NCBI GenBank assembly: GCA_964035545.1
Contig: OZ037770.1
Location: forward strand, 6,954,729-7,018,728
Direction of reading: 5' to 3'
DNA length: 64,000 nt
From: Bugula neritina
Lineage: Eukaryota; Animalia; Bryozoa
The position numbers and the translations under genes were made by a program. Shown piece after piece: positions 20,601 through 34,500 of the stretch (positions are counted from its first letter, which is position 1; each line of letters opens with the position of its first letter). Under the pieces are notes generated by a model. The model searched no databases. It was not told the origin of the DNA and saw only the letters and a list, made by a program, of their open reading frames with translations.

Positions 20601-22100
20601 TAAGTGCCAAGAAGTTCTGAAACAGGCCCAATAGTGCTAATAGTGTGCATAACAGTGCCTAAATGTGCTCAATTGAGCCAAATATGCTAATAGTAACAAT
20701 AAGTGCTCAGACGTTCTGAAACGTTCCCAATAGTGCTTATAATAGAACTAGACTGCTTAAAGGTGCCCGAATGTGGAAAAACATGCCCAAATGTGCTAGA
20801 TTGAACTGAATATGAAATAGTAGCAATAAGTGCCCATTACTTCTGAAAGGTTATCAATAGTGCAAACAGTAGAAATAGTGTGCCTAACAGTACCAAAATG
20901 AGCTAAAACAAACCCAAATGTGCTAAATTGAGCCAAATATGCTAATAGTAACAATGAGTGCTCAGAGGTTCTGAAACGTTCGCAATAGTGCTAATAGTAT
21001 AACTAGTGTGCTCAACAGTGCCAAACTGTGCTAAAACATGCCAAAATGTGCTAAATTGAGCCAAATATGCTAATAGTACCAATAAGTTCCCAGAGGTTCT
21101 GAAACGTGCCCAATAGTGCTAATAATAGAACTAATGTGCTTAACAGTGCCCAAATGTGCTAAAACATTCTCAAACTGGCTAAAACATGCCAAAATGTAGT
21201 AGATTGAGCAAAATATGCTAATAGTACCAGTACGTTCCCAGAGGTATTGAAATGTGCGGAATAGTGCAAATCGCATAACTAGTTGCTTAAAAGGTCCCAA
21301 ATGTGCTAAAACATGCCCAAAGATGCTAAATTAAGCCAAATATGCTAATAGTACGAATGGGTGCGCAGAGGTTCTTAAACGGGCCAAATAGTGCTAATAG
21401 TAGAACTAGTGTGCTCAACAGTGCCAAAATGTGCTAAAACAAACCCAAATGTGCTAAATTGAGCCGAGTATGCTAATAGTAACACTAAGTGCTCAGAGGT
21501 TCTGAAACGTTCCCAATAGTGCTAATAGTAGAACTAGTGTGCTCAACAGTGCCAAACTGTGTTAAAACATGCCCAAATGTGCTAAATTGAGCCAAATATA
21601 CTAATAAAAACAATAAGTGCCAAGAAATTCTGTAATAGGCCCAATAATGTTGCAGTATATTTCAGTATGTTGCAGTATATTTCAGCATGTTGCTTATGTT
21701 TCAGTATGTGCCAGTATGTTGTAGTATTCTGCAGTATATTTCACTGTGTTACAGTGTATTTCAAGATTTTACAGTGTTTTTCAGTAGGTTGCAATAACTT
21801 GTAGTGTATTTCAGTATGTAATAGTGTATTTCAGTATGTTGCAGTATCATGCATAATAATTCAGCATGTTGCAGTATATTTCAATGTGTTGAAGTATCGT
21901 TCAGTATGTTGCCGATTGTTTCAGCGTGTTGCAGTGTATTTCAATGTGTTACAGTGTATTTCACTATGTTACGGTGTATTTCAGTATGTTGCAGTATGTT
22001 GCAGTGTATTTCAGTTTGTTACAGTGTATTTCAGTGTGCTTGTGCAAGTTTTCAGTATGTTGCAGTGTTTTTCAATGTGTTACAGTATATTTCAGTATAT

Positions 22101-22522
22101 GGGTCATTTTACTTAATTTAGTACACACTCGAAATCTTCAGTTTTTAGCTATTTTTCACAATTTAGCTGGTAATGAGCATGGTTTTTTGGCCAAAACTAG
22201 TTAAGCACCAATAAATACACCTAAATAATCAAAGTTCTTTTTAATTTTGTCTCATTTCCCACGTTTTTCCCTAATTATTCAGCTAGTTTTGGTTACGGAC
22301 CGTTACGGTTTTTTCGTAACGGTCCGTGCATATAGAATATTAAATGCATATGACAATGACCTGTGCTTTAATGTTGGGGAATTCCCTCCCAGCCTTTGCT
22401 GTTGTGCGTAATTAAAACCAGCACATAAAAATATCATGTATAGTAAATTTCAATGGATTTGGAGCAAACTTTAATGTTAGGTCATAATTTGCTGGTGTGT
22501 ACTAAATGAAGTAAACTGACAC
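22101..22522. mobile_element. 422-bp MITE with 28-bp TIRs, a 6-bp TSD (GTATAT) and a central hairpin
   Basis: Left GGGTCATTTTACTTAATTTAGTACACAC; right GTGTGTACTAAATGAAGTAAACTGACAC. GTATAT at 22095-22100 and 22523-22528. Confidence 0.88.
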
Positions 22523-25500
22523 GTATATTACCATATATTCCGGTATGTTGCTGTATAATTCAATGTGTTGTTGTTAATTTCAACTTGTTACAGTGTATTT
22601 CAGTATGTTGCAGTATGATGCAGGGTATTTCAGTATGTTAAAGTGTATTTCAGTATGTTGCAGTATGTTGCAGAACATTTCAGTTTGTTGCAGTATATTT
22701 CAGTATGTTGCAGTATATTTCAGTGTGTTGCAGTATATTTAAATGTGTTGCAGGGTAATTCCATATGTTACAGTGTATTTCAGTATGTTGCAGTATGTTG
22801 TAGTGTATTTCAGTATGTTACAGTGTATTTCAGTATGTTGCAGTATGTTGCAGTATATTTCAGTGTGTTACAGTATATATCAGTATGTTACAGTACGTTT
22901 CCGTATATTACACTATACTTCGGGAATTTGTGGTGTCTTTCAGTATCCTACAGCATATTTCAGTATGTTGCAGTTTTTTTCAATGTGTAATAGTATATTT
23001 CAGAAGTTTACAATATGTTTTGGTATGTTACAGTATAATTCAGTGTATTGCAGTATATTTTAATGTGTTGAAATGTATTTCAATATGGTACACTGTATAT
23101 CAATATGTTGCAGTGTATTTCAGTATGTTACAGTGTATTTCAGTATGTTGCAGTATATTTCAGTATATTTCAGTATGTTGCAGTATTCTTCAGTATTATG
23201 CCTATGTTTCAGTATGCTACAGTATATTTCAGTATTTTGCAGTATATTCCAATGTGTTGCAGTGTATTTCAGTATGTTGCAGTATATTGCAGTATGTCAC
23301 AGTGTATTTCAGTATGTTACAGTGTATTTCAGTATGTTGCAGTTTGTTGCAGAATATTTCTGTATGTTGCAGTATATTTCTGTGTGTTGCAGTATGTTTC
23401 AGTATATTATGTATATTTAGGTATTTTGCAGTATATTCCAATGTGTTGCAGTGTATTTCAGTATGTTGCAGTTTGTTGCAGTGTATTTCAGTATGTCACA
23501 GTGTAATTTAGTATGTTGCAGTATCTTGCATTATATTTCAATATGTTGCAGTATATTTCAATGTGTTGCAGTATATTTCGGTATATTATCATATATTTAG
23601 GTATTTTACAGTATATTATAATGTGTTACAGTGTATTTCAGTATGTTGCAGTATGTTGCAGAATATTTCAGTATGTTGCAGTATATTTCAGTATGTTGCA
23701 GTATATTTCAGTGTGTTGCAGTATATTTCAATGTTTTGCAGGGTAATTCAATATGTTGCAGTGTATTTCAGTATGTTGCAGTATGTTGCAGTGTATTTCA
23801 GTATGTTACAGTGTATTTCAGTATGTTGCAGTATATTTCAGTGTGTTACAGTGTATATCAGTATGTTACAGTACGTTTCCGTATAATACACTATACTTCG
23901 GGGACTTGTGGTGTCTTTCAGTATCCTACAGCATAATTCAGTATGTTGCAGTTTTTTTCAATGTGTAATAATATATTTCAGTAGTTTACAATATATTTTG
24001 GTATGTTACAGTATAATTCAGTGTATTGCAGTATAATTTAATGTGTTGAAATGTATTTCAATATGTTACACTGTATTTCAACATGTTGCACTGTATTTCA
24101 GTATGTTACAGCGTATTGCAGTATGTTGCAGTATATTTAAGTATATTTCAGTATGTTGCATTATTCTTCAGTATGTTGCCTATGTTTCATTATGTTACAG
24201 TATATTTCAGTATCTTGCATTATATTTCAATATGTTGCAGTATATTTCAGTATGTTGCAGGATATTTCAGTGAGCTGTCAGTATATTTCAATGTGTTGCA
24301 GGGTAGTTCAATATGTTACCCTGTATTTCAGTATGTTGCAGTATGTTGCACTATGTTGCAGTGTATTTCAGTATGTTAGAGTGTGTTTCTATCTGTTGCA
24401 GTATCTTGCAGTATATTTCAGTATGTTGCAGTATATTTCAGTGTGTTGCAGTATATTTTAAGGTGTTGCAGGGTATCTCAATATGTTACAGTCTATTTCA
24501 GTATGTTGCAGTATGTTGGAGTGTATTTCAGTATGTTACAGTATATTTCAGTATGTTGCAGTATGTTGCAGTATATTACAGTAGGTTGCAGTATGTTTCG
24601 GCATGTTGCTTATGTTTCAGTATGTTACAGTATGTTTTAGTATTCCGCAGTATGTTTCACTGTGTTACAGTGTATTTCAATATTTTATAGTGTTTTTCAG
24701 TAGGTTGCAGTATGTTGTAGTGTATTTCAGTATGTAACAGTGTATTTCAGAATGGTGCAGTATCATGCATAATATTTCAGCATGTTGCAGTATATTTCAA
24801 TGTGTTGAAGTATAATTCAGTATGTTGCCGATTGTTTCAGTGTGTTGCAGTATATTTCACTGTGTTACAGTGTAGTTCACTATGTTACGGTGTGTTTCAG
24901 TTTGTTGCAGTATGTTGCAGTGTATTTCAGTATGTTGCAGTATCATGCATAATATTTCAGCATGTTGCAGTTTATCTCAATGTGTTGAAGTATATTTCAG
25001 TATGTTGCCGATTGTTTCAGTGTGTTGCAGTATGTTTCACTGTGTTACAGTGTAGTTCACTATGTTACGGTGTGTTTCAGTTTCTTGCAGTATGTTGCAG
25101 TGTATTTCAGTATGTTACAGTGTATTTCAGTGTGCTAGTGCAAGTTTTCAGTATGTTGGAGTGTTTTTCAATGTGTGACTGTATATTTCAGTATATTACC
25201 ATATATTCCGGTATGTTGCTGTATAATTCAGTGTGTTGTTGTTTATTTCAAAATGTTACAGTGTATTTCAGTATGTTGCAGTATGTTGTGGTGTGATTCA
25301 GTATGTCACAGTGTATTTTAGTATGTTACAGTATCTTGCATTATATTTCAATATGTTGCAGTATATTTCAGTGTGCTGTCAGTATATTTCAATGTGTTGC
25401 AGGGTAATTCAATATGTTACCGTGTATTTCAGTATGTTGCAGTATGTTGCAGTATGTTGCATTGTATTTCAGTATGTTACAGTGTGTTTCTATCTGTTGC

Positions 25501-28500
25501 AGTATCTTGCAGCATATTTCAGTGCATTGCAGTATATTTCAGTAACTTACAGTATATTTCTGCGTTTTACCATATATTTCGGTATATTGCAGTATATTCC
25601 AATATGTTACAGTGTATTTCAGTATGTGGCAGTATGTTGAGGTATGTTGAGGTATATTTTAGTATGTTGCAGTATGTTTCAGTATGTTACAATATAATTT
25701 AGTATTTTGCCAAATATTTCAATTGGTTACAGTATTTTTCAGTAGGTATCCATATATTCAGGTATGTTGCAGTATATTTTAGTATGTTGCTTATGTTTCA
25801 GTATGTTACAGGATGTTTTAGTATTTTGAAGTATATTTCATTGTGTTACAGTATATTTCAATACTTTACAGTGTATTTCAGTAGGTTGCAGTATGTTGCA
25901 GTATGTTGCAGTATATTTCGGTATGTCACAGTGTAATTCAGTATGTTGCAGTATGTTGCAGTATCTTGCAGTATATTGCAGTATGTTGCGTATGTTTCAG
26001 TATGTTGCAGAATGTTTTAGTATGTTATAGCATAATTCAGTAGTTTACAGTATATTTCAGAGGTTTACTATATATTTCGGTATGTTGCAGTATTTCGCAA
26101 TGTGTTGCGCTGTATTTAAATATCTTACAGTGTATTTCAGTATGTTGCAGTGTTTTTTGATATGTTACAGAATATTTGAGAAGGTTGCAGTATTTTGCAG
26201 TGTATATCAGTATGTTGCAGTATAACTCAGTACGTTGCAGTATATTTCAATATGTTGAAGTATATTTCAATGTGTTGCAGGGTGTCTCAATATGTTTCAG
26301 TGTGTTTTAGTATGTTTCAGTGTATTTCAGTATGTTGCAGTATATTTCAGTGTGTTACAGTATATTTCAGTGTATTACAGTATATTTCAGTATGTTACTA
26401 TACATTTCGGTATATAACACTATATCTCAGTGAGTTGCAGTGTATTTCAGTGTGCTAAAGCAAGTTTTCAGTATTTTGCAGTGTTCTTCATTGTATTACA
26501 GTATATTTCAGTATATTACCATAAATTCTGGTATGTTGCGGTTTAATCCAAAGTGTTGTGGTTTATTTCAACATGTTACAGTGTATTTCAGTGTGTTGCA
26601 GTATGTTGCAGTGTATTTCAGTATGTTACAGTGTAGTTCAGTATGTTGCAGTATGTTGCAGTGTATTTCAGTATGTTACAGTGTGTTTCTATCTAGTGCA
26701 GTATTTTGCAGCATATTTCAGTGTGTTGCAGTATATTTCAGTAGTTTACAGTATATTTCTCAGTTTACCATATATTTCGGTATGTTGCAGTAGATTCCAA
26801 TATGTTACAGTGTATTTCAGTATGTGGCAGTATGTTGAGGTATGTTGAGGTATATTTTAGTATGTTGCAGTATGTTTCAGTATGTTACAACATAATTTAG
26901 TATTTTGCCAAATATTTCAATTGGTAACAGTATTTTTCAGTAGGTATCCATATATTCAGGTATGTTGCAGTATATTTTAGTATGTTGCAGTATCTTGCAT
27001 TAAGTTTCAATATGTTGCAGTATATTTCAATGTGTTGCAGTATATTTCAGTATATTACCGTATATTTAGGTATTTTGCAGTATATTCCAATGTGTTGCAG
27101 TGTATTTCAGTATGTTGCAGTATGTTGCAGTATGTGGCAGTGTATTTCAGTATGTCACAGTGTATTTTTGTATGTTGCAGTATCTTGCATTATATTTCAA
27201 TATGTTGTAGGATATTTCAATGTGTTGCAGGGTATTTCAATATGTTACAGTGTATTTCAGTATGTTGCAGTATGTTGCAGTATGTTGCAGTGTATTTCAG
27301 TATGTCACAGTGTATTTTAGTATGTTGCAGTATTTTGCATTAAATTTCAATATGTTGCGGTATATTTCAGTATATTACCGTATATTTAGGTATTTTGCAG
27401 TATATTCCAATGTGTTACAGTGTATTTCAATATTTTTCAGTGTTTTTCAGTAGGTTGCAGTATTTTGCAGTATGTTGCAGTATACTTCAGTATGTTGCAG
27501 CATATTCCAGTGTGTTGCAGTATATTTCAACGTGTTGCAGGGCAGTTCAATATGTTACAGTGAATTTCAGTATGTTGCATGGTTTTTCAGTATGTTGCAG
27601 TATCTTGCAGTATATTTCAGTATGTTGCAGTATATTACAGTATGTTGCTTATGTTTCAGTATGTTACAGTATGTTTTAGTATTTTGCAGTATATTTCACT
27701 GCGTTACAGTGTATTTCAATATTTTACAGTGTTTTTAAGTAGGTCGCAGTATGTTGCAACATGTTGCAGTGTATTTTAGTATGTCACAGTGTTTTTCAGT
27801 ATGTTGCAGTATCTTGCATTACATTTCAATATGTTGCAGTATATTTCAATGTGTTGCAGTATATTTCAGTATACTACCGTATATTTGGGTAGTTTGCAGT
27901 ATATTCCAATGTGTTGCAGTGTGTTTCAGTATGTTACAGCGCGTTTCAGTATGTTGCAGTATGTTGCGGCATATTTCAGTATGTTGCGTATGTTTCAGTA
28001 TGTTGCAGAATGTTTTAGTATGTCATAGCATAATTCAGTAGTTTACAGTATATTTCAGTGGTTTACTCTATATTTCGGTATGTTGCAGTATTTCGCAATG
28101 TGTTGCTCCGTATTTCAATATCTTACAGTGTATTTCAGTATGTTGCAGTGTTTTTCGATATGTTACAGAGTATTTCAGTAGGTTGCAGTATCTTGCAGTG
28201 TATATCAGTATGTTGCAGTATATCTCAGTACGATGCAGTATATTTCAATATGTTGCAGTATATTTCAATGTGTTGCAGGGTATCTCAATATGTTTCAGTG
28301 TGTTTTAGTATGTTTCAGTGTATTTCAGTATGTTGCAGTATATTTCAGTGTGTTACAGTATATTTCAGTGTATTACAGTATATTTCAGTATGTTACTATA
28401 CATTTCGGTATATTACACTATATCTCAGTGAGTTGCAGTGTATTTCAGTGTGCTAAAGCAAGTTTTCAGTATTTTGCAGTGTTCTTCATTGTATTACAGT

Positions 28501-31500
28501 ATATTTCAGTATATTACCATAAATTCTGGTATGTTGCGGTTTAATCCAAAGTGTTGTGGTTTATTTCAACATGTTACAGTGTATTTCAGTGTGTTGCAGT
28601 ATGTTGCAGTGTATTTCAGTATGTTACAGTGTAGTTCAGTATGTTGCAGTATGTTGCAGTGTATTTCAGTATGTTACAGTGTGTTTCTACCTAGTGCAGT
28701 ATTTTGCAGCATATTTCAGTGTGTTGCAGTATATTTCAGTAGTTTACAGTATATTTCTCAGTTTACCATATATTTCGGTATGTTGCAGTAGATTCCAATA
28801 TGTTACAGTGTATTTCAGTATGTGGCAGTATGTTGAGGTATGTTGAGGTATATTTTAGTATGTTGCAGTATGTTTCAGTATGTTACAACATAATTTAGTA
28901 TTTTGCCAAATATTTCAATTGGTAACAGTATTTTTCAGTAGGTATCCATATATTCAGGTATGTTGCAGTATATTTTAGTATGTTGCAGTATCTTGCATTA
29001 AGTTTCAATATGTTGCAGTATATTTCAATGTGTTGCAGTATATTTCAGTATATTACCGTATATTTAGGTATTTTGCAGTATATTCCAATGTGTGTCAGTG
29101 TATTTCAGTATGTTGCAGTATGTTGCAGTATGTGGCAGTGTATTTCAGTATGTCACAGTGTATTTTTGTATGTTGCAGTATCTTGCATTATATTTCAATA
29201 TGTTGTAGGATATTTCAATGTGTTGCAGGGTATTTCAATATGTTACAGTGTATTTCAGTATGTTGCAGTATGTTGCAGTATGTTGCAGTGTATTTCAGTA
29301 TGTCACAGTGTATTTTAGTATGTTGCAGTATTTTGCATTAAATTTCAATATGTTGCGGTATATTTCAGTATATTACCGTATATTTAGGTATTTTGCAGTA
29401 TATTCCAATGTGTTACAGTGTATTTCAATATTTTTCAGTGTTTTTCAGTAGGTTGCAGTATTTTGCAGTATGTTGCAGTATACTTCAGTATGTTGCAGCA
29501 TATTTCAGTGTGTTGCAGTATATTTCAATGTGTTGCAGGGCAGTTCAATATGTTACAGTGAATTTCAGTATGTTGCATGGTTTTTCAGTATGTTGCAGTA
29601 TCTTGCAGTATATTTCAGTATGTTGCAGTATATTACAGTATGTTGCTTATGTTTCAGTATGTTACAGTATGTTTTAGTATTTTGCAGTATATTTCACTGC
29701 GTTACAGTGTATTTCAATATTTTACAGTGTTTTTCAGTAGGTCGCAGTATGTTGCAACATGTTGCAGTGTATTTTAGTATGTCACAGTGTTTTTCAGTAT
29801 GTTGCAGTATCTTGCATTACATTTCAATATGTTGCAGTATATTTCAATGTGTTGCAGTATATTTCAGTATACTACCGTATATTTGGGTAGTTTGCAGTAT
29901 ATTCCAATGTGTTGCAGTGTGTTTCAGTATGTTACAGCGCGTTTCAGTATGTTGCAGTATGTTGCGGCATATTTCAGTATGTTGCGTATGTTTCAGTATG
30001 TTGCAGAATGTTTTAGTATGTCATAGCATAATTCAGTAGTTTACAGTATATTTCAGTGGTTTACTCTATATTTCGGTATGTTGCAGTATTTCGCAATGTG
30101 TTGCTCCGTATTTCAATATCTTACAGTGTATTTCAGTATGTTGCAGTGTTTTTCGATATGTTACAGAGTATTTCAGTAGGTTGCAGTATCTTGCAGTGTA
30201 TATCAGTATGTTGCAGTATATCTCAGTACGATGCAGTATATTTCAATATGTTGCAGTATATTTCAGTGTGTTGCAGGGTATTTCAATATGTTTCAGTGTG
30301 TTTTAGTATGTTCCAGTATATTGCAGTGTGTTTCAGTATGTTACAGTGTATTTTAGTATGTCGCAGTATCTTGCATTATATTTCAATATGTTGCAGTATA
30401 TTTCAGTATGTCGCAGGATGTTTCAGTGTGCTGTCAGTATATTTCAATGTGTTGCAGGGTAACTCAATATGTTACCGTGTATTTCAGTATGTTGCAGTAT
30501 GTTGCAGTGTATTTCAGTATGTTAGAGTGTGTTTCTATCTGCTGCAGTATCTTGCAGTATATTTCAGTGTGTTGCAGTATATTTCAGTAGTTTACAGTAT
30601 ATTTCTGAGTTTTACCATATGTTTCGGTATGTTGTAGTATATTCCAATATAATACACTGTATTTCAGTATGTGGCAGTATGTTGAGGTATGTTGAGGTAT
30701 ATTTTAGTATGTTGCAGTGTGTTTCAGTATGTTACAATATAATTTAGTATTTGCCAAATATTTCAATTGGTTACAGTATTTTTCAGTAGGTATCCATATA
30801 TTAAGGTATGTTGCAGTATATTTTAGTATGTTGCTTATGTTTCAGTATGTTACAGGATGTTTTAGTATTTTGAAGTATATTTCATTGTGTTACAGTGTAT
30901 TTCAATACTTTACAGTGTATTTCAGTAGGTTGCAGTATGTTGCAGTATGTTGCAGTGTATTTCGGTATGTCACAGTGTAATTCAGTATGTTGCAGTATCT
31001 TGCAGTATATTGCAGTATGTTGCGTACGTTCAGTATGTTGCAGAATGTTTTAGTATGTTATAGCATAATTCAGTAGTTTACAGTATATTTCAGAGGTTTA
31101 CTATATATTTCGGTATGTTGCAGTATTTCGCAATGTGTTGCGCTGTATTTAAATATCTTACAGTGTATTTCAGTATGTTGCAGTGTTTTTCGATATGTTA
31201 CAGAATATTTCAGAAGGTTGCAGTATTTTGCAGTGTATATCAGTATGTTGCAGTATAACTCAGTACGTTGCAGTATATTTCAATATGTTGAAGTATATTT
31301 CAATGTGTTGCAGGGTATTTCAATATGTTTCAGTGTGTTTTAGTATGTTTCAGTGTATTTCAGTATGTTGCAGTATATTTCAGTGTGTTACAGTATATTT
31401 CAGTGTATTACAGTATATTTCAGTATGTTACTATACATTTCGGTATATTACACTATATCTCAGTGAGTTGCAGTGTATTTCAGTGTGCTAAAGCAAGCTT

Positions 31501-34500
31501 TCAGTATTTTGCAGTGTTCTTCACTGTGTTACAGTATATTTCAGTATATTACCATAAATTATGGTATGTTGCGGTTTAATCCAAAGTGTTGTGGTTTATT
31601 TCAACATGTTACAGTGTATTTCAGTGTGTTGCAGTATGTTGCAGTGTATTTCAGTACGTTACAGTGTAGTTCAGTATGTTGCAGTATGTTGCAGTATGTT
31701 GCAGTATGTTGCAGTGTATTTCAGTATGTTACAGTGTGTTTCTATCTGTTGCAGTATTTTGCAGCATATTTCAGTGTGTTGCAGTATATTTCAGTAGTTT
31801 ACAGTATATTTCTAAGTTTACCATATATTTCGGTATGTTGCAGTAGATTCCAATATGTTACAGTGTATTTCAGTATGTGGCAGTATGTTGAGGTATGTTG
31901 AGGTATATTTTAGTATGTTGCAGTATGTTTCAGTATGTTACAACATAATTTAGTATTTTGCCAAATATTTCAATTGGTAACAGTATTTTTCAGTAGGTAT
32001 CTATATATTCAGGTATGTTGCAGTATATTTTAGTATGTTGCAGTATCTTGCATTAAGTTTCAATATGTTGCAGTATATTTCAATGTGTTGCAGTATATTT
32101 CAGTATATTACCGTACATTTAGGTATTTTGCAGTATATTCCAATGTGTTGCAGTGTATTTCAGTATGTTGCAGTATGTTGCAGTATGTGGCAGTGTATTT
32201 CAGTATGTCACAGTGTATTTTTGTATGTTGCAGTATCTTGCAATAAATTTCAATATGTTGTAGGATTTTTCAATGTGTTGCAGGGTATTTCAATATGTTA
32301 CAGTGTATTTCAGTATGTTGCAGTATGTTGCAGTATGTTGCAGTGTATTTCAGTATGTCACAGTGTATTTTAGTATGTTGCAGTATTTTGCAATAAATTT
32401 CAATATGTTGCGGTATATTTCAGTATATTACCGTATATTTAGGTACTTTGCAGTATATTCCAATGTGTTACAGTGTATTTCAATATTTTTCAGTGTTTTT
32501 CAGTAGGTTGCAGTATTTTGCAGTATGTTGCAGTATATTTCAGTATGTTGCAGCATATTTCAGTGTGTTGCAGTATATTTCAATGTGTTGCAGGGCAGTT
32601 CAATATGTTACAGTGAATTTCAGTATGTTGCATGGTTTTTCAGTATGTTGCAGTATCTTGCAGTATATTTCAGTATGTTGCAGTATAAAACAGTATGTTG
32701 CTTATGTTTCAGTATGTTACAGTATGTTTTAGTATTTTGCAGTATATTTCACTGTGTTACAGTGTATTTCAATAATTTACAGTGTTTTTCAGTAGGTCGC
32801 AGTATGTTGCAACATGTTGCAGTGTATTTCAGTATGTCACAGTGTTTTTCAGTATGTTGCAGTATCTTGCATTACATTTCAATATGTTGCAGTATATTTC
32901 AATGTGTTGCAGTATATTTCAGTATACTACCGTATATTTAGGTAGTTTGCAGTATATTTCAATGTGTTGCAGTGTGTTTCAGTATGTTACAGCGCGTTTC
33001 AGTATGTTGCAGTATGTTGCAGCATATTTCAGTATGTTGCGTATGTTTCAGTATGTTGCAGAATGTTTTAGTATGTCATAGCATAATTCAGTAGTTTACA
33101 GTATATTTCAGTGGTTTACTCTATATTTCGGTATGTTGCAGTATTTCGCAATGTGTTGCTCTGTATTTCAATATCTTACAGTGTATTTCAGTATGTTGCA
33201 GTGTTTTTCGATATGTTACAGAGTATTCAGTAGGTTGCAGTATCTTGCAGTGTATATCAGTATGTTGCAGTATATCTCAGTACGATGCAGTATATTTCAA
33301 TATGTTGCAGTATATTTCAGTGTGTTGCAGGGTATTTCAATATGTTTCAGTGTGTTTTAGTTTGTTCCAGTATATTGCAGTGTGTTTCAGTATGTTACAG
33401 TGTATTTCGGTATGTTGCAGTATCTTGCAGTTTAGTTCAGTAATTGCAGTATATTTCAATGTGTTGCAGTATATTTCAGTATATTACCGTATATTTAGGC
33501 ATTTTGCAGTATATTCCAATGTGTTACCGTGCATTTCAATATTTTACAGTGTTTTTCAGTATGTTGCAGTATGTTACAGTACATTTTCGCATATTACACT
33601 TTACTTCAGCGAGTTGTGGTGTCTCTTAGTACGCTACAGCGTAATTCAGTATGTTGCAGTATTTTTCAATGTGTTACAGTATATTTCAGTATATTACCGT
33701 AAATTGAGGTATTTTGCAGTATTTTCCAATGTGTTGCAATGTGTTTCAGTATGTTACAGTGCATTTCAGTATGTTGCAGCATGTTGCAGTATATTTCAGT
33801 ATGTTGCAGGGTATTTCGATATGTTACAGTGTATTTCAGTATGTTGCAGTATGTTGCAGTGTATTTCAGTATGTTGCAGTGTATTTCAGTATGTTGCAGT
33901 ATCTTGCAGTATATTTCAGTATGTTGCAGTGTGTTTCGGGATGTTGCTTATGTTTCAGTATGTTACAGTATGTTTTAGTATTTTGCAGTATATTTCACTG
34001 TGTTACAGTGTATTTCAATATTTTATAGTGTTTTTCAGTAGGTTGCAGTATGTTGCAGTATGTTGCAGTATACTTCAGTATGTTGCAGTATATTTCGGTG
34101 TGTTGCAGTGTATTTCAGTATGTCACAGTGCATTTCAGTATGTTGCAGTGTGTTACAGTACATTTTCGCATATTACACTATACTTCAGCGAGTTGTGGTG
34201 TCTCTCAGTATGCTACAGCGTAATTCAGTATGTTGCAGTATTTTTCAATGTGTTACAGTATATTTCAGTATATTACCGTATATTGAGGTATTTTGCAGTA
34301 TTTTCCAATGTGTTGCAATGTGTTTCAGTATGTTACAGTGTATTTCAAGTTTTTACAGTGTTTTTTAGTAGGTTGAAGTATGTTGCAGTATGTCACAGTG
34401 TATTTCATTATGTTGCAGTTTCTTGCGTTATATTTCAATATGTTGCAGTATATTTCAATGTGTTGCAGGCTATTTCAGTATGTTACAGTGCATTTCAGTA

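Larger units (their letters stand above)
11491..21647 (+). repeat. Satellite B: 128-bp monomer (148-bp variant with an extra 20-bp subunit), with internal 10-bp periodicity
   Basis: Consensus GTGCCCAGAG GTTCTGAAAC GTGCCCAATA GTGCTAATAG TAGAACTAGT GTGCTCAACA GTGCCCAAAT GTGCTAAAAC ATGCCCAAAT GTGCTAAATT GAGCCAAATA TGCTAATAGT AACAATAA. CCAGA anchors at 11538, 11666, ~11814, 11942, 12069 and 12196. Confidence 0.95.

Noticed and set aside
11652-21300. Short hydrophobic ORFs (LAHLGTV..., STFGHV...) and a superficially CRISPR-like regularity
   Set aside because: Translations of satellite B. There are no unique spacers and no cas genes, and the context is eukaryotic.
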